Source: Nitrospirota bacterium
Lineage (GTDB): Bacteria > Nitrospirota > UBA9217
NCBI GenBank assembly: GCA_963754875.1
Contig: CAVWHO010000021.1
Location: 1 to 64,000 of the forward strand
Reading direction: 5' to 3'
Length of the DNA: 64,000 bases
In this document: positions 11,368 to 22,036 of the stretch, in pieces
How positions within the stretch are numbered: the stretch's first letter is position 1
Layout: each line of letters opens with the position of its first letter
Notes under the pieces: generated by a model
Seen by the model: only the letters and a program-made list of their open reading frames with translations
Databases searched by the model: none
What the model was told of the DNA's origin: nothing
Made by a program: the position numbers and the translations under genes

Positions 11368-14300
11368 CCTTTTTGCCCCATGACTGGTTGTTCTCCGCGC
11401 GTCCGGAAAAGAGCGAGTCTGCCGAATCTCTGTTGGAATGTATCCAGGTACGTATAGATAACCGGTGTAATATACAGGGTCAGCAGCTGCGAAAAGAGCA
11501 GACCGCCGACCACGGCAAGCCCGAGAGGCCGACGCGCTTCGGCGCCCGCGCCTAAGCCCAGCGCAATCGGAAGCGTGCCCATGAGGGCCGCCATCGAGGT
11601 CATCATGATCGGGCGGAACCTGACAAGGGCCCCTTCGAAGATCGCGTCCATGGGTTTTTTCCCTTCCTTCCGCTCGGCTTCGAGCGCGAAGTCGATCATC
11701 ATGATGGCGTTCTTCTTCACAATGCCGATGAGCATGATGACCCCCACATAGCCGTAAATATTGAGCTCCTTGCCGAAAATCAGGAGGGTCACTAGCGCCC
11801 CCACACCCGCGGCAGGCAGGCCCGAAAGGATCGTGAGCGGATGGATGAAGCTCTCGTACAGGACGCCGAGGACGATGTAGATGACCAGAACAGCCAGGAT
11901 CAAGAGAAGGAACAGACCCTGCGTGGATGACTGGAACGCCTGAGCGGTCCCCTGGAAACTGGTCGTGATGGACTGCGGCAGCGTCTGCCGGGCGGCTCTA
12001 TCCACGTCCCCAACGGCTTCACTCAGGGACACTCCCGGTTTCAGGTTAAAGGAAAGGGTCACCGCAGGGAGCTGTCCGAGGTGGTTAATGAGCAGCGGAC
12101 CCGTTGCAACGGTCTGCTTGGTAACCACATTAAGCGGCACGAGTTTGCCGGAGGACGAGCGGATGTAGAGCATGGTCAATGAAGACGGGTCCGCCTGATA
12201 CCGGGGTTCCAGCTCCATGATGACCTGGTACTGGTTGGTCGGCGCCAGAATGGTGGATACCTGCTGCGAGCTGTACGCCGCGCTGAGCGCGCTTTCAATC
12301 TGCTGCGCCGTGACGCCGAGCGCCGCCGCCTTGTCGCGGTCTATCTCGAGGTTCACCTGCGGGTTTTTTATCAGCAGGTCGGTGTTCACGTCCTGGAGCT
12401 GCGGCAAAGCCCGAAGTTTTGCTTCGAGGGCAGGCGCCGCTTTATACAGTTCGTCCGTGTCCGGGCCCTGGAGCGTATACTGGTACTGGCTCTTCGTTAG
12501 CATGCCGCCGATGCGGATGGGAGGCAGGTTTTGCATGAAGATTCTGATGCCGATCACGCCCGCGGTTTTTGCGCGCAGTGTCCTGGATGATCTGGTCGGC
12601 GGACATTTTGCGCTCGGAACGGGGTTTCAACCTCATGAAGATTCGGCCGGCATTTGCAGCAGCGTTCGGACCGCCCGCGCCGATGCTCGACATGAAGGCC
12701 TCCACGTTCGGGTCCTGGGCAATGATGTCTGCGATCTCCTGCTGGTGTTTTTTCATGTCATCAAAGGATATTCCCTGCTGGGCCTCGGTAATGGCAAAGA
12801 TCTGGCCGGTGTCTTCGGTCGGGAGAAAGCCTTTCGGTATGATAATAAAGAGCGCAAAGGTCACGGGAATAAGCAGAATGGAAATCATCAGCGTGACAAA
12901 GCGGTGTTTGAGCACCCACGTTAGACTCCTCTCATAACCGTCCCGCAGGCGATCGAAAAATCTTTCCAGAACCATGTAGAACCGGCCATGCCGCTCTTTG
13001 CCGGGAGGCCGCAGAAAACGGCTGCAGAGCATGGGGGTCAGCGTGAGGGATACTATGCCCGAAACAAGAATGGCTACGCTGATGACGACGGCGAATTCAT
13101 GGAGCAGGCGTCCGAGGATGCCGCCCATGAAGAGCACGGGGATGAACACGGCGACCAGCGAAAACGTCATGGACAGGATCGTAAAGCCGATCTCCTGCGA
13201 CCCCTTGAGCGAGGCCTCAAGCACAGGCTCTCCGTGTTCCATGTGCCGGACGATGTTCTCGAGCATCACGATGGCGTCGTCGACCACGAACCCGACGGCG
13301 AGGATCATCGCCATGAGCGAAAGGTTGTCAACGCTGTAGCCGAGCACGTACATGGCCGTGAACGTACCGATGATCGACATGGGGAGCGCCAGGCTCGGGA
13401 TGATCGTGGCCGAAAGGTTGCGTAAAAAAAGGAAGATAACGAGTACGACGAGTACGATCGCAAGCATCAGGGTCAACTTGACATCGCCGACGGATTCACG
13501 TATGGACGTGGAGCGGTCGAAGAGAATATCCAAATTGACCGATGCAGGCATCTCCGCACGGAATGTCGGTAAAAGCTTCTTAATAGAATCCACGACCTCG
13601 ACCGTGTTCGTGCCGGGCTGACGTTGAATGGCCAGAATGACCGACCGGATCTGTCCCTTCGACGTCACAAACCAGCTTGCGATCTTATCGTTTTCCACGC
13701 TGTCGATGACGCTGCCCAGCTCATGGAGCCTAACAGGATTGCCGTTGCGGTATGCCACAATGAGGGGGCGGTACGACTCTGCATTCATGAGCTGGCCGCT
13801 CGTTTGTATGGTGAACGACTTCGTTGCCCCTTGCAGGGTCCCGGTCGGCAGGTTCACGTTCCCGTTCGCAACCGCGTTCGCCACTTCGTCGATGCCTATT
13901 CCGCGTGAGGCGAGTGCGCGGGGATCGAGCTGAGCGCGGACCGCGTACTTCTGGGAGCCGAATACCTGCACCTGGGCCACACCGCTTATCATGGAAATGC
14001 GCTGTGCCATCGTGGTCTCGGCGTATTCGTCTACGGCTGAAAGCGGAAGCGTGGGAGAACTCAATGCGACATAGATGATGGGCTGGTCCGCGGGATTGAC
14101 CTTCTGGTAGGTCGGGGGCGTCGGCATATCCGGCGGGAGCAGGCGCGCGGCCTTGGCGATCATGGCCTGGACGTCCTGGGCAGCGGCATCTATGTTCCGG
14201 CTGAGGTTAAATTGAAGGTTGATCTGAGTTGAACCGAGCGCGCTCACCGACGTCATGTTATCGAGGCCGGCGATGGTGGAAAACTGGCGCTCGAGCGGCG

Positions 14301-14493
14301 TTGCCACGGCAGAGGCCATCGTCTCCGGGCTGGCACCGGGCAGCGTGGCGCTCACGACGATATTCGGAAAATCCACATTCGGCAGATCGCTCACGGGCAG
14401 CAGACGGTACGCCATGATTCCGAAAAGAAGAATCGCGCTCATGATCAGTGTCGTCATGACCGGTCTTCGTATAAAGGGTTCTGCGATATTCAT
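11364..14493 (-). CDS. RND efflux permease (MdtB/MdtC-like), frameshift near 12580
   Basis: FIRRPVMT, GFVVDDAIVMLENI, GIVKKNAIMMIDFA, RFRPIMMT; two overlapping ORFs join into one protein of about 1040 aa. Confidence 0.92.
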
Positions 14494-14570
14494 CGGACAT
14501 TCCTTGGTTTGTGAAAAAGTGAATTCGAGACGCGAGCTTCGCGGATCAGCAGCGACTGCACGGCTGTTGT

Positions 14571-15780
14571 TTACTTTTCATTTCCGGCTTTTTGCTTTTT
14601 ATTCGCCTGGTCGGTTTTAACCTGGTCGCTGTTTGTCTGCCCGCTTTTTACCGGTGCATTTTGAGGTTGTTCACCTTTCAACTCCACATGGACTCCGGTA
14701 AGCAAGTTGAGTTGCCCGTCGGTCACTACTTTTTCTCCCGGCGTCACGCCTTGAGCAACTACGGCAAGATCACCGAACGTCCGCGCGACCGTCACCGGCC
14801 GTGACTCAACCGTGAAGTCCGGTTTCACCACAAACACATACTGCCCGAGCTGGCCTGTCTGGAGCGCCGCTGCGGGCATGACCACGGCGTTTCGCTGGGT
14901 GGTGAGCGTCAGGACCACATTGATGAACTGTCCCGGCCAGAGCCTTTTGTCCTTGTTCTCGAAGGTGCCTTTCAGCTGGATGGTCCCGGTGGCAGCATCC
15001 ACGGCATTATTAATAAACGTGAGCTTTCCGTGCGCGGGCCGTTTCTCGTCTCCCGGGAATGATCGCATCCACCTTCAATGATCCTTCAGCCATATATTTT
15101 TTTATGTCCGCAAGGTTCTGTTCAGGTATGGAAAATGTCACATAAATCGGGGCGATCTTATTGATCGTGACCATGGTCAGATCATTCGCTTTAATGACAT
15201 TGCCCTTGTTAATAAGGACGCTTCCCACGCGGCCGTCAATCGGAGATTTGATCGTGCAATAGGCCAGCTGCAGCCTGCCGTTCTCGACATTCGCTTTGTC
15301 CGCCTGGACCGCGGCCGCCAGAGCGTCCGCATTGGAGCGAAGCTGATCGTATTGGTCCTTGGAGACATAGTCTTTTTGGACAAGGATCTCGTATCTCTTG
15401 GCCTGCTCTTCCGCATTTTTTGCTTGCGCGGCGTCGCGTGCGAGCTGGGCCTCAGCCTGCTTGAGGGCCGCCTCATAGGGCCGGGGATCAATTTGGAAGA
15501 GCACGTCGCCCTGCTGTACATCCTGGCCTTCCCGAAATTGCACACCGATGATTTCCCCGCCTACCATGGCCTTCACGGACACGGTATTGTACGCCTCGAC
15601 ATTGCCGATGGCATTGAGCTGCACAGGGACGCTCTGTTGCATCACATCGCCTATTTTTACCGGAACGATTCTTTGCGGGGACTGTTTCGCCCCGCCGTTG
15701 GAGGAGCATGCACCGAGGAAAGCGAAGAGCAGAACCATTGCGATAAGTTTTGTCTGTACTCTAAACGATTCGTATTTCAT
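14571..15780 (-). CDS. RND periplasmic adaptor (MdtA-like lipoprotein), frameshift near 15053
   Basis: FLGAC lipobox; IDPRPY, IKSPIDG; the second frame has NNAVDAATGTIQLK..LWPGQF. Confidence 0.9.
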
Positions 15781-15889
15781 ATTATTTTGCGGCCTTCCTT
15801 TTTTTCATTTTGTTTCCCAAAGGCGGTTACGCTCTTTTTGCATGAGACGGTTACTTTGCCTTTCACCGTACCTATCTACATCCAGCATG

Positions 15890-17272
15890 TTACCGCGCAC
15901 CCATTGCTTTTTCAATGCTGGCTTGCGCGGTCTTGTAATTAGCCAGGGCCGTGGTATAGCTGGCCTGGGCCGTGACATAGGTGGCAAACGCATCGGAGAC
16001 TTCGATCGGGCTTCCCACACCCGCTGCGTACCGGCCGTTCGCCAGGTCCAGGTTTTCCTTGGCCTGCTTAGAGGCTAGTTCTGCAGTTGCGATGCTGGCC
16101 TCCGCTGCCTGCAGGTTAAGGTAAGCCTGCCTGACGTCGAGCAGTATCTGCTGACGTAAAGATTCTTCATTGGCTCTCAGGGTGTAGAGACTTGATTTGG
16201 CCTCTGCTACCTGCTGCTGCGTCAGGAAACCGCTGAACAGGGGAACGGTCAGCACCACCCCGGCATTCCAGCCGTGCTCCATCGAGGAGGTTGTTTCGCC
16301 TATCCAGTTGTAGTTTGCGACTCCCGATAAACTCGGGTAATAATTTGAACGCGCGAAACTGACATTTTCATCTGCTGCCTGCCTTTTCGCGATGGTCGAC
16401 TTGAGATCGGGCCTGTTTTCAAAGGCGCGCGCCGTCGCCTCCTCCAGAGTGATCGCATATTTTTGGAATGAGAGGTTGTCCTCAATCGTGTATTCGGGCG
16501 GATCAGGCGTCCCCATAGCGTTGTTCAGGGTAACCCAGGCTATCTTGAGCGCATTCTCGGCATTGATGAGGCTGAGCTGCGCGTTGCTCAGATCGACTTC
16601 CGCCTTGATAACATCGATCTTCGCATTCGTGCCGACCGCATAAAACCCTTTTGCCTGGTCCAGGTGGAGTTGAAACTGTTTTATGACGTCTGCGGCCACA
16701 TCACGATTCCGCTTGGCCTGCAAAACACCGTAATAGGCCTGTTTCACGCTCAGAATTATCGTATCCTGCGTTGTATTCAGATCTGAGCGGGCGGACACGA
16801 GATTATACTTCGAAATATCGACCTGTGACGATGTCCTCCCGAAATCATAAATATTCTGGTTGAGCGATACGCTGCCCGTGTACTGTTCGTAAGTAGTAGT
16901 TGACGTCGCAAATGACACCGGCTGGATCCTGTCGTATGCTGCCGATGCGCTCAGCTGCGGATAATAGGAGGAGCGCGCCTCGCCGACCCTGCTCCGGGAG
17001 ACATCCACACCATACATCGCAGCAAGGATGCTCGGGTTTCTCCTGAACGCTATGTCGATGCATTCGTTCAGCGTGAGCATCGTGACGGTCGGCGTGCTTT
17101 GCACCGCCGCAGCATCCTGCTTCGGCGGATGATCCAGTGGAGTCGGATTATTCTGAGCGGAGGCAGCATCTTCTGCCGCCGATGCCGACATTAAGAAGAA
17201 CGGTGCCCCCCCTATCAGAATTACGAGAATCAGCACCCGAGACGCGACCCTGAATCTAACATGCCAACTCAT
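15890..17272 (-). CDS. TolC-family outer membrane efflux protein
   Basis: Signal peptide and two OEP repeats (YYPQL/YYPSL, VKQAYY/VRQAYL, RYAAGV). Confidence 0.92.
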   Translation of the reverse strand: MSWHVRFRVASRVLILVILIGGAPFFLMSASAAEDAASAQNNPTPLDHPPKQDAAAVQSTPTVTMLTLNECIDIAFRRNPSILAAMYGVDVSRSRVGEARSSYYPQLSASAAYDRIQPVSFATSTTTYEQYTGSVSLNQNIYDFGRTSSQVDISKYNLVSARSDLNTTQDTIILSVKQAYYGVLQAKRNRDVAADVIKQFQLHLDQAKGFYAVGTNAKIDVIKAEVDLSNAQLSLINAENALKIAWVTLNNAMGTPDPPEYTIEDNLSFQKYAITLEEATARAFENRPDLKSTIAKRQAADENVSFARSNYYPSLSGVANYNWIGETTSSMEHGWNAGVVLTVPLFSGFLTQQQVAEAKSSLYTLRANEESLRQQILLDVRQAYLNLQAAEASIATAELASKQAKENLDLANGRYAAGVGSPIEVSDAFATYVTAQASYTTALANYKTAQASIEKAMGAR

Positions 17273-17297
17273 ACCTTGGTTTCTCCTCGCATTTCGT

Positions 17298-17897
17298 CTA
17301 ATTATTTTTCATTGTACCGTGAATAAAGATATCGACAAATTCCCGGACATTCTGTTCCATGCGTTTTTTCGACGTACCGTTCTCTTTTATCATCACTTCC
17401 GTACGGAAATAGTTGAAAAGCATGCCCATAAAGGCCCGGACAGCGCTTTCCGGAGGGACGCTTCTCATCACGCCTTTTTTTTGCAACGTCGTAAAATAGC
17501 TCCCCAGCGTGGCCCTACTCTCATTCACAATAGCACTATACGCATTTCGAATTTTTTCAGGATAAAGATGAATTTCCGTCAACAGTATCTTTATCATGGG
17601 CTTTCGCTCTTTCAGCGTCAGCAGAAAATTCATCGCAATCAAAGTGAGCGCATCTTCATAAGGAAGCTGGTCCAGCTCAGGGAGAATCTCTTTGAGCCTC
17701 GGCAGAAAGGTATAACTATTCAGCAGTTCTTCAAATAAACGCTCTTTGGTGCCGAAGTGGCGGAACAACGTTAGTTCGGTTACGCCAGCCTGCCGGGAAA
17801 TCTCGCGCGTTGTGGCTCCGAGGTAGCCTTTTTCGGATATTAGTTTGAGCGTTGCTTCTAAGAGCTGTTGCTTTGTCGTGGTTTTCCGTGTCGTCAT
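17298..17897 (-). CDS. TetR/AcrR-family regulator
   Basis: KGYLGATTREISRQAGVTELTLFRHFGTKE helix-turn-helix. Confidence 0.95.
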   Translation of the reverse strand: MTTRKTTTKQQLLEATLKLISEKGYLGATTREISRQAGVTELTLFRHFGTKERLFEELLNSYTFLPRLKEILPELDQLPYEDALTLIAMNFLLTLKERKPMIKILLTEIHLYPEKIRNAYSAIVNESRATLGSYFTTLQKKGVMRSVPPESAVRAFMGMLFNYFRTEVMIKENGTSKKRMEQNVREFVDIFIHGTMKNN

Positions 17898-17914
17898 GAT
17901 TGACCGCAGATTAT

Positions 17915-17958
17915 TGTAAGTACGTGCTTACATTACAACACGCCACCGTCGATGTCAA
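17915..17958 (-). promoter_or_regulatory. Sigma-70 promoter of the tetR/efflux operon with overlapping palindromic operator
   Basis: Minus strand TTGACA (17958-17953), 17 bp, TAATGT (17935-17930); palindrome TGTAAG-TACGTG-CTTACA at 17915-17932. Confidence 0.72.
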
Positions 17959-17987
17959 GCAAATATCTGAATTTGCCCTTTTTCCCC

Positions 17988-18016
17988 TTGCATAGGCAAT
18001 CATGTTATGGTATCCT
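17988..18016 (+). promoter_or_regulatory. Sigma-70 promoter for rpmB
   Basis: TTGCAT, 17 bp, TATCCT with extended TG. Confidence 0.55.
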
Positions 18017-18065
18017 GTGAACTGCATTGAAACCAACTATCTTGTTTTTTGTGGAGGATTTTATC

Positions 18066-18260
18066 GTGGCGGGTACGTGTCAAATCTGCGGAAAAGGCAA
18101 ACTCAGCGGCAATCAGGTCAGTCATTCGAACAATAAAACGAAAAAAGTATCGAAGCCGAATTTACAATCGGTAAAAGCGGTGGGACCTCACGGCGCCCAT
18201 GTGCGGATTCACGCCTGTACGCGCTGTATCCGGTCCGGCAAAGTTAAAAAAGTCAGCTAA
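18066..18260 (+). CDS. rpmB: 50S ribosomal protein L28 (Cys-containing form)
   Basis: GGAGG RBS, GTG start; [32 protein letters not shown]. Confidence 0.95.
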   Translation: MAGTCQICGKGKLSGNQVSHSNNKTKKVSKPNLQSVKAVGPHGAHVRIHACTRCIRSGKVKKVS

Positions 18261-18272
18261 CAATGGATTGAC

Positions 18273-18306
18273 CGTCCCCGCCTTTCTTCGGGCGGGGATA
18301 CTTTTA
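18273..18306 (+). terminator. Intrinsic terminator after rpmB
   Basis: TCCCCGCC-loop-GGCGGGGA followed by a T-rich tail. Confidence 0.75.
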
Positions 18307-18513
18307 CTATTCAGAACTCTTCTTCAGACAGCTTCATCTACTTAATACTTCCGAAGCACATTATCGTGCGTTAACGACGAACGACTCCGTTAACGTGGCC
18401 ATCCAATTACGAATGATGTCACCTTATCTTCTTACGGCACAGTAAAACGCACTGGACTGACACACATGACAGCAAATTGTGATGAATGTAAAGTGTAAAG
18501 TTACAATTTGAAG

Positions 18514-18542
18514 TTGACACTGTTCAAACGCTGTACTATTAT
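18514..18542 (+). promoter_or_regulatory. Sigma-70 promoter of the propeller gene with an FNR-like TTGA-N6-TCAA box over the -35
   Basis: TTGACA (18514-18519), 17 bp, TATTAT (18537-18542); TTGACACTGTTCAA at 18514-18527. Confidence 0.6.
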
Positions 18543-18738
18543 AACTCTGTCAATAAATTCATGGGAATTAGGCCTTAAAAATATATGTACTTATGTTCAT
18601 TATTCCCCGTCTTGGCGGAGAAGGAGGTGGACAGAAGAAGGTCAAAAAACATTTTTTATTCAGTTGCCAGGTAGTCGAAACGTGTGGGTCAGGGAGCACC
18701 TGTCGTGCTCAACTTCAAATTACCTAAGGGGAGGAACT

Positions 18739-19881
18739 ATGAGTTTCATGAAAAAAAATGTTTTGGTCGGGTTGGTTGTTCTGAGTGTCTTTGCGCTGTT
18801 CCTGAGCTTGTCCCTGCGTCCTGCAGTTTATGCTGCATCTGAGACCGTCGTCGAAGCAAAAGTCGTGAAAGAGGCCAAACCCGTGACGTTCGACGGGAGA
18901 GCGTATATTGCTGGCCACGGCGGACATCTGGCAATCCTCGACTTAAGGACAATGAAGTCACCGTCAGACGTTGAGAGTGACAGGATCGTCCTCACCGAGG
19001 CCGGCTCCGAAATGGAGGGCAAGGTCGCGGGCATCAGCTTTGAACAAGCCAAAAAGTCAGGCGGTTCCCACGGACAGACCCTCATGATGGAAAAGGGGCA
19101 TAAAGTCCTTGTCGCCGGCACGCTTGCCGGGAACGTGTACAAGGTTGAGATCGATAAGAACGGCAGGGCCATGAAAAAGGAAGGGCCCTTTAAGGTCGGC
19201 GAGAAATTCTGCGGCGCCATCACCGGTCCGGATGGCAACGTCTATTTCGAAGACATGACCGATGGAAACGTCTATGTGTGGAACCCGGAAAAGCTCAAGC
19301 TGGTGGAAAAAATGCCGGCTGGTATGGCCGTGTGCGGCATTCAGTGGACCAAGAACGACCAAAAAGCATATATTAGCGACATGCCGGCGGGCAAGGTGTA
19401 TGTCTATGACTGGAAAACCAAGAAGAAGATTAAGGAAATATCGAGCCCGGAAATGACCTTCATCCACCAGATCCGCATGACGCCTGACGGCAAATACCTT
19501 TGGGTAAGCGCTCCGAATGAATTCGAGCTGAATCCGTCCGGTACGGCCGGTACCGCCAGCGTACTCAAGGGCGGAACCAAGGCGCACCAGGTGATCATCA
19601 TCAGCACGGAGACGGACTCCATCGTGAAGCGCATCGTGCTCCCGAGCAACCTCAGCCCGCATGACTTCGCGTTCACGTCGAACGGGTACGTTCTTCTTGC
19701 ATCCAGATCGTACGGCAGCGACGACAGCTTGGTGGCGGTCATGAATATGAAAAATGACAACATCGTCGAAGAAATATCCGTGTGCGCATCATGCCATAAT
19801 CCTAATGGAATAAAGGTCGCGATCGATTCGGGATCCCCTCTACTCTGCGGCATTACTGTCGATTGGCTGAATAAGAAATAA
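18739..19881 (+). CDS. Secreted YncE-like beta-propeller with one c-type haem motif (CASCH)
   Basis: GGAGG RBS; Sec signal peptide ending AVYA; blade motifs (GPDGNVY, TPDGKYLWV); CxxCH near the C-terminus; 380 aa. Confidence 0.82.
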   Translation: MSFMKKNVLVGLVVLSVFALFLSLSLRPAVYAASETVVEAKVVKEAKPVTFDGRAYIAGHGGHLAILDLRTMKSPSDVESDRIVLTEAGSEMEGKVAGISFEQAKKSGGSHGQTLMMEKGHKVLVAGTLAGNVYKVEIDKNGRAMKKEGPFKVGEKFCGAITGPDGNVYFEDMTDGNVYVWNPEKLKLVEKMPAGMAVCGIQWTKNDQKAYISDMPAGKVYVYDWKTKKKIKEISSPEMTFIHQIRMTPDGKYLWVSAPNEFELNPSGTAGTASVLKGGTKAHQVIIISTETDSIVKRIVLPSNLSPHDFAFTSNGYVLLASRSYGSDDSLVAVMNMKNDNIVEEISVCASCHNPNGIKVAIDSGSPLLCGITVDWLNKK

Positions 19882-19898
19882 TCGTTATCTGTCTATAA

Positions 19899-19926
19899 CC
19901 GGAGGGTGGCGGCCTCGCCCTCCGGC
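19899..19926 (+). terminator. Stem-loop after the propeller gene (terminator or mRNA stabiliser)
   Basis: CCGGAGGG...CCCTCCGG followed by a pyrimidine-rich tract. Confidence 0.6.
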
Positions 19927-20010
19927 CTCTTTACTTCCCCGCCTTTTTTGTGGTATATTATTAATGTTTCAAAATTTGTCTCTCCAATCCAAAGGAAAAT
20001 CACTGACATT

Positions 20011-21207
20011 ATGAACGTTCCTTACGTCGCTCTGAAGAACCTGAAGAGAAAGCTGACGAGGACATGGCTTTTGTTCGCTATCGTCGCCGTCGTATCGTGC
20101 ACCTTATTTACAGCCACCCTCTTTCTGAAGAGCATAAACAACGCGCTTAAGATCGGTACCTACCGCCTCGGCGCCGATATACTCGTAGTCCCTGCGAGCG
20201 ATGAAGCCAAGGCCAAGTCCGCGCTCCTCTCAGGTGAGCCGACCCAGTTTCTGATGGACCGGTCGGTGCTCGATCGCGTCAGACATGTCGAGGGGGTGAA
20301 AAGCGCCACGCCCCAGCTCTTTATCAAGCCGACAAGCTTTACTTGTTGTTTCAACGTCGACGTGTTCCTTGTAGCCTTCGATCCTGAAACGGATTTCACG
20401 GTAAGGCCCTGGCTCGAGAAAAACCTCAACCGGAAACTCGGGACTAACGAGATCATCACCGGCAGGGCCGTCCCCGTTATCGTGGGGGACATGATCCCCT
20501 TCTTCGGAACCAGTTTCAGGGTCGCAGGGACCATGGAACCCACCGGCATGGACTTTTTCGACCGGGCGGTTTTCATGAGCCTGGACGCAGCCTATAAAAT
20601 GGCCGAGGATTCCAAAACCAAGGCGCTCAAGCCCATCGATATCGGGAGGGACAAGATATCAACGGTCCTCGTCCAGGTGAATGACGATATTACACCGGAC
20701 CGGGTCGCCGTCAGAATAGAATATGCCATCAGCGGGGTAAAGGCCCTGGTGTCCGACAAGGTCATCAGCACGGTGAGAAATCAGCTCTCCGGTCTTATTC
20801 GCGCGATAATCATCATCAGCATCGTCCTGTGGTTTATCGTCCTCCTGATCATGGCCTTCGCGTTTTATATGATCGTAAACGAACGGCGCCGGGAAATCGG
20901 CCTTCTTCGGGCGATGGGTGCGAGCAAAAAACATATTTCCGCAATCCTTCTGTCCGAGGCATCGCTGCTGTCGGTGGGGGGGGGCGCAACCGGTGTCATT
21001 CTGGGTTTCGGATTGCTCATGAGCTCTAAAAACCTCATGTTGCACTATTTAAAACTTCCATATCTGTTCCCTTCGCCCGCGGATTTGACCGTTCTGATCG
21101 CCGGCGCGATCGTTTTCTCCCTTGCCACCGGTCTGCTGTCCGCCTTCTTGCCGTCCCTTGCCGTTTTAAATATGGAACCGTATGAAGCCATAAGGAGGGA
21201 AGAATAA
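20011..21207 (+). CDS. FtsX/MacB-type ABC permease with a periplasmic Cys-Cys motif
   Basis: RLGADILVVP, SFTCCFN, NERRREIGLLRAMGA, EPYEAIR. Confidence 0.9.
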   Translation: MNVPYVALKNLKRKLTRTWLLFAIVAVVSCTLFTATLFLKSINNALKIGTYRLGADILVVPASDEAKAKSALLSGEPTQFLMDRSVLDRVRHVEGVKSATPQLFIKPTSFTCCFNVDVFLVAFDPETDFTVRPWLEKNLNRKLGTNEIITGRAVPVIVGDMIPFFGTSFRVAGTMEPTGMDFFDRAVFMSLDAAYKMAEDSKTKALKPIDIGRDKISTVLVQVNDDITPDRVAVRIEYAISGVKALVSDKVISTVRNQLSGLIRAIIIISIVLWFIVLLIMAFAFYMIVNERRREIGLLRAMGASKKHISAILLSEASLLSVGGGATGVILGFGLLMSSKNLMLHYLKLPYLFPSPADLTVLIAGAIVFSLATGLLSAFLPSLAVLNMEPYEAIRREE

Positions 21208-21824
21208 TGCCGTTGAAGATGTCCATAATCTTGATTGCCGTCGCGTTGCTCACCGCATGCTCTCAGGATAACGAAAGGCCCTCTGTCCAGGTCGCCCCGC
21301 AAAAATCCGATATCCAAGTGCTCAGGGAACAAGTCGCAAGCAATCCCCGCGACACCGAAGCATTATTTCACCTCGCGGATCTCTACGACCGGGCCAATAT
21401 GTACCCGGAGGAGATCGACGTATTCAATAAAATCATCGCCCTCAAGAAAGTTGTCGCCCTCAAACCGAAAGAAATCGGATACGCCTACGAGCAGCTTGGC
21501 ACGGCATACAACAGGCTCGGCAAGTATCGGGAGGCGGTAGAATCCTTTCTGAAGGCCGGGGAATATTCCCCCAAGAACCCGGTGATTTACAATAATCTTG
21601 CAGCGTCATACGGCATGATCGGCAAAACAAATGAGCAAATCGCCGCGCTCAATAAAGCCGTCTCCTTACGTCCGCGTTACGCTACGGCCCGATATAATCT
21701 GGGCATCGTATTGCTCAAAAAGGGTCGGCGCGCAGAGGCACTGAAGCAGTACAGCGAACTCCAAAAATTCGATGAAGGGACTGCGCAAGACCTTAAGAAA
21801 GAAATAGATACAAAGGGGAAATGA
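21207..21824 (+). CDS. TPR-repeat lipoprotein
   Basis: LLTAC lipobox; TPR units (AYEQLGTAY, IYNNLAASY, ARYNLGIVL). Confidence 0.88.
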   Translation: MPLKMSIILIAVALLTACSQDNERPSVQVAPQKSDIQVLREQVASNPRDTEALFHLADLYDRANMYPEEIDVFNKIIALKKVVALKPKEIGYAYEQLGTAYNRLGKYREAVESFLKAGEYSPKNPVIYNNLAASYGMIGKTNEQIAALNKAVSLRPRYATARYNLGIVLLKKGRRAEALKQYSELQKFDEGTAQDLKKEIDTKGK

Positions 21825-22036
21825 AGCGACGTTGCTGCTGAAAGAGCCACCGGAGATCATCAGCGGTCCAAGGCATTGCCCTCCGACTCCCGGAGTAGTT
21901 TGCCCGCGGCCACAGTTCAAAACCTGCAATTTACGGAATGGTGCCGGGCATCAGGTTTCTTGCCGTTGTCGACATTTTGATCGTGCTGATTGAGGTAAAC
22001 GCATCGTCGAGATCGCCTCGAAAGAAAGGGATTCCA
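21821..22036 (+). pseudogene. Degenerate remnant of a Cys-containing membrane protein (DUF4418-like)
   Basis: ATG overlaps the TPR stop; across frames it reads GVVCPRPQFKTCN/YGMVPGIRFLAVVDILIVLI, like the GxC..xC..P+TM C-terminus of DUF4418, which typically lies beside such ABC genes. Confidence 0.45.

Noticed and set aside
18600..18725. c-di-GMP/GEMM riboswitch (CAGTTGCC present)
   Set aside because: The 5' GGCAAAC/GNRA P2 elements are absent.
18739..19881. NirS (cd1) or NosZ assignment for the propeller
   Set aside because: Too short, CxxCH is C-terminal and inside the propeller, there is no CuA domain, and no nir/nos accessory genes are recognisable.
21821..21898. MKRRCC-UGA-KSHRR... as a tiny selenopeptide
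   Set aside because: No convincing SECIS; the region is better explained as a frameshifted remnant of a membrane-protein gene.
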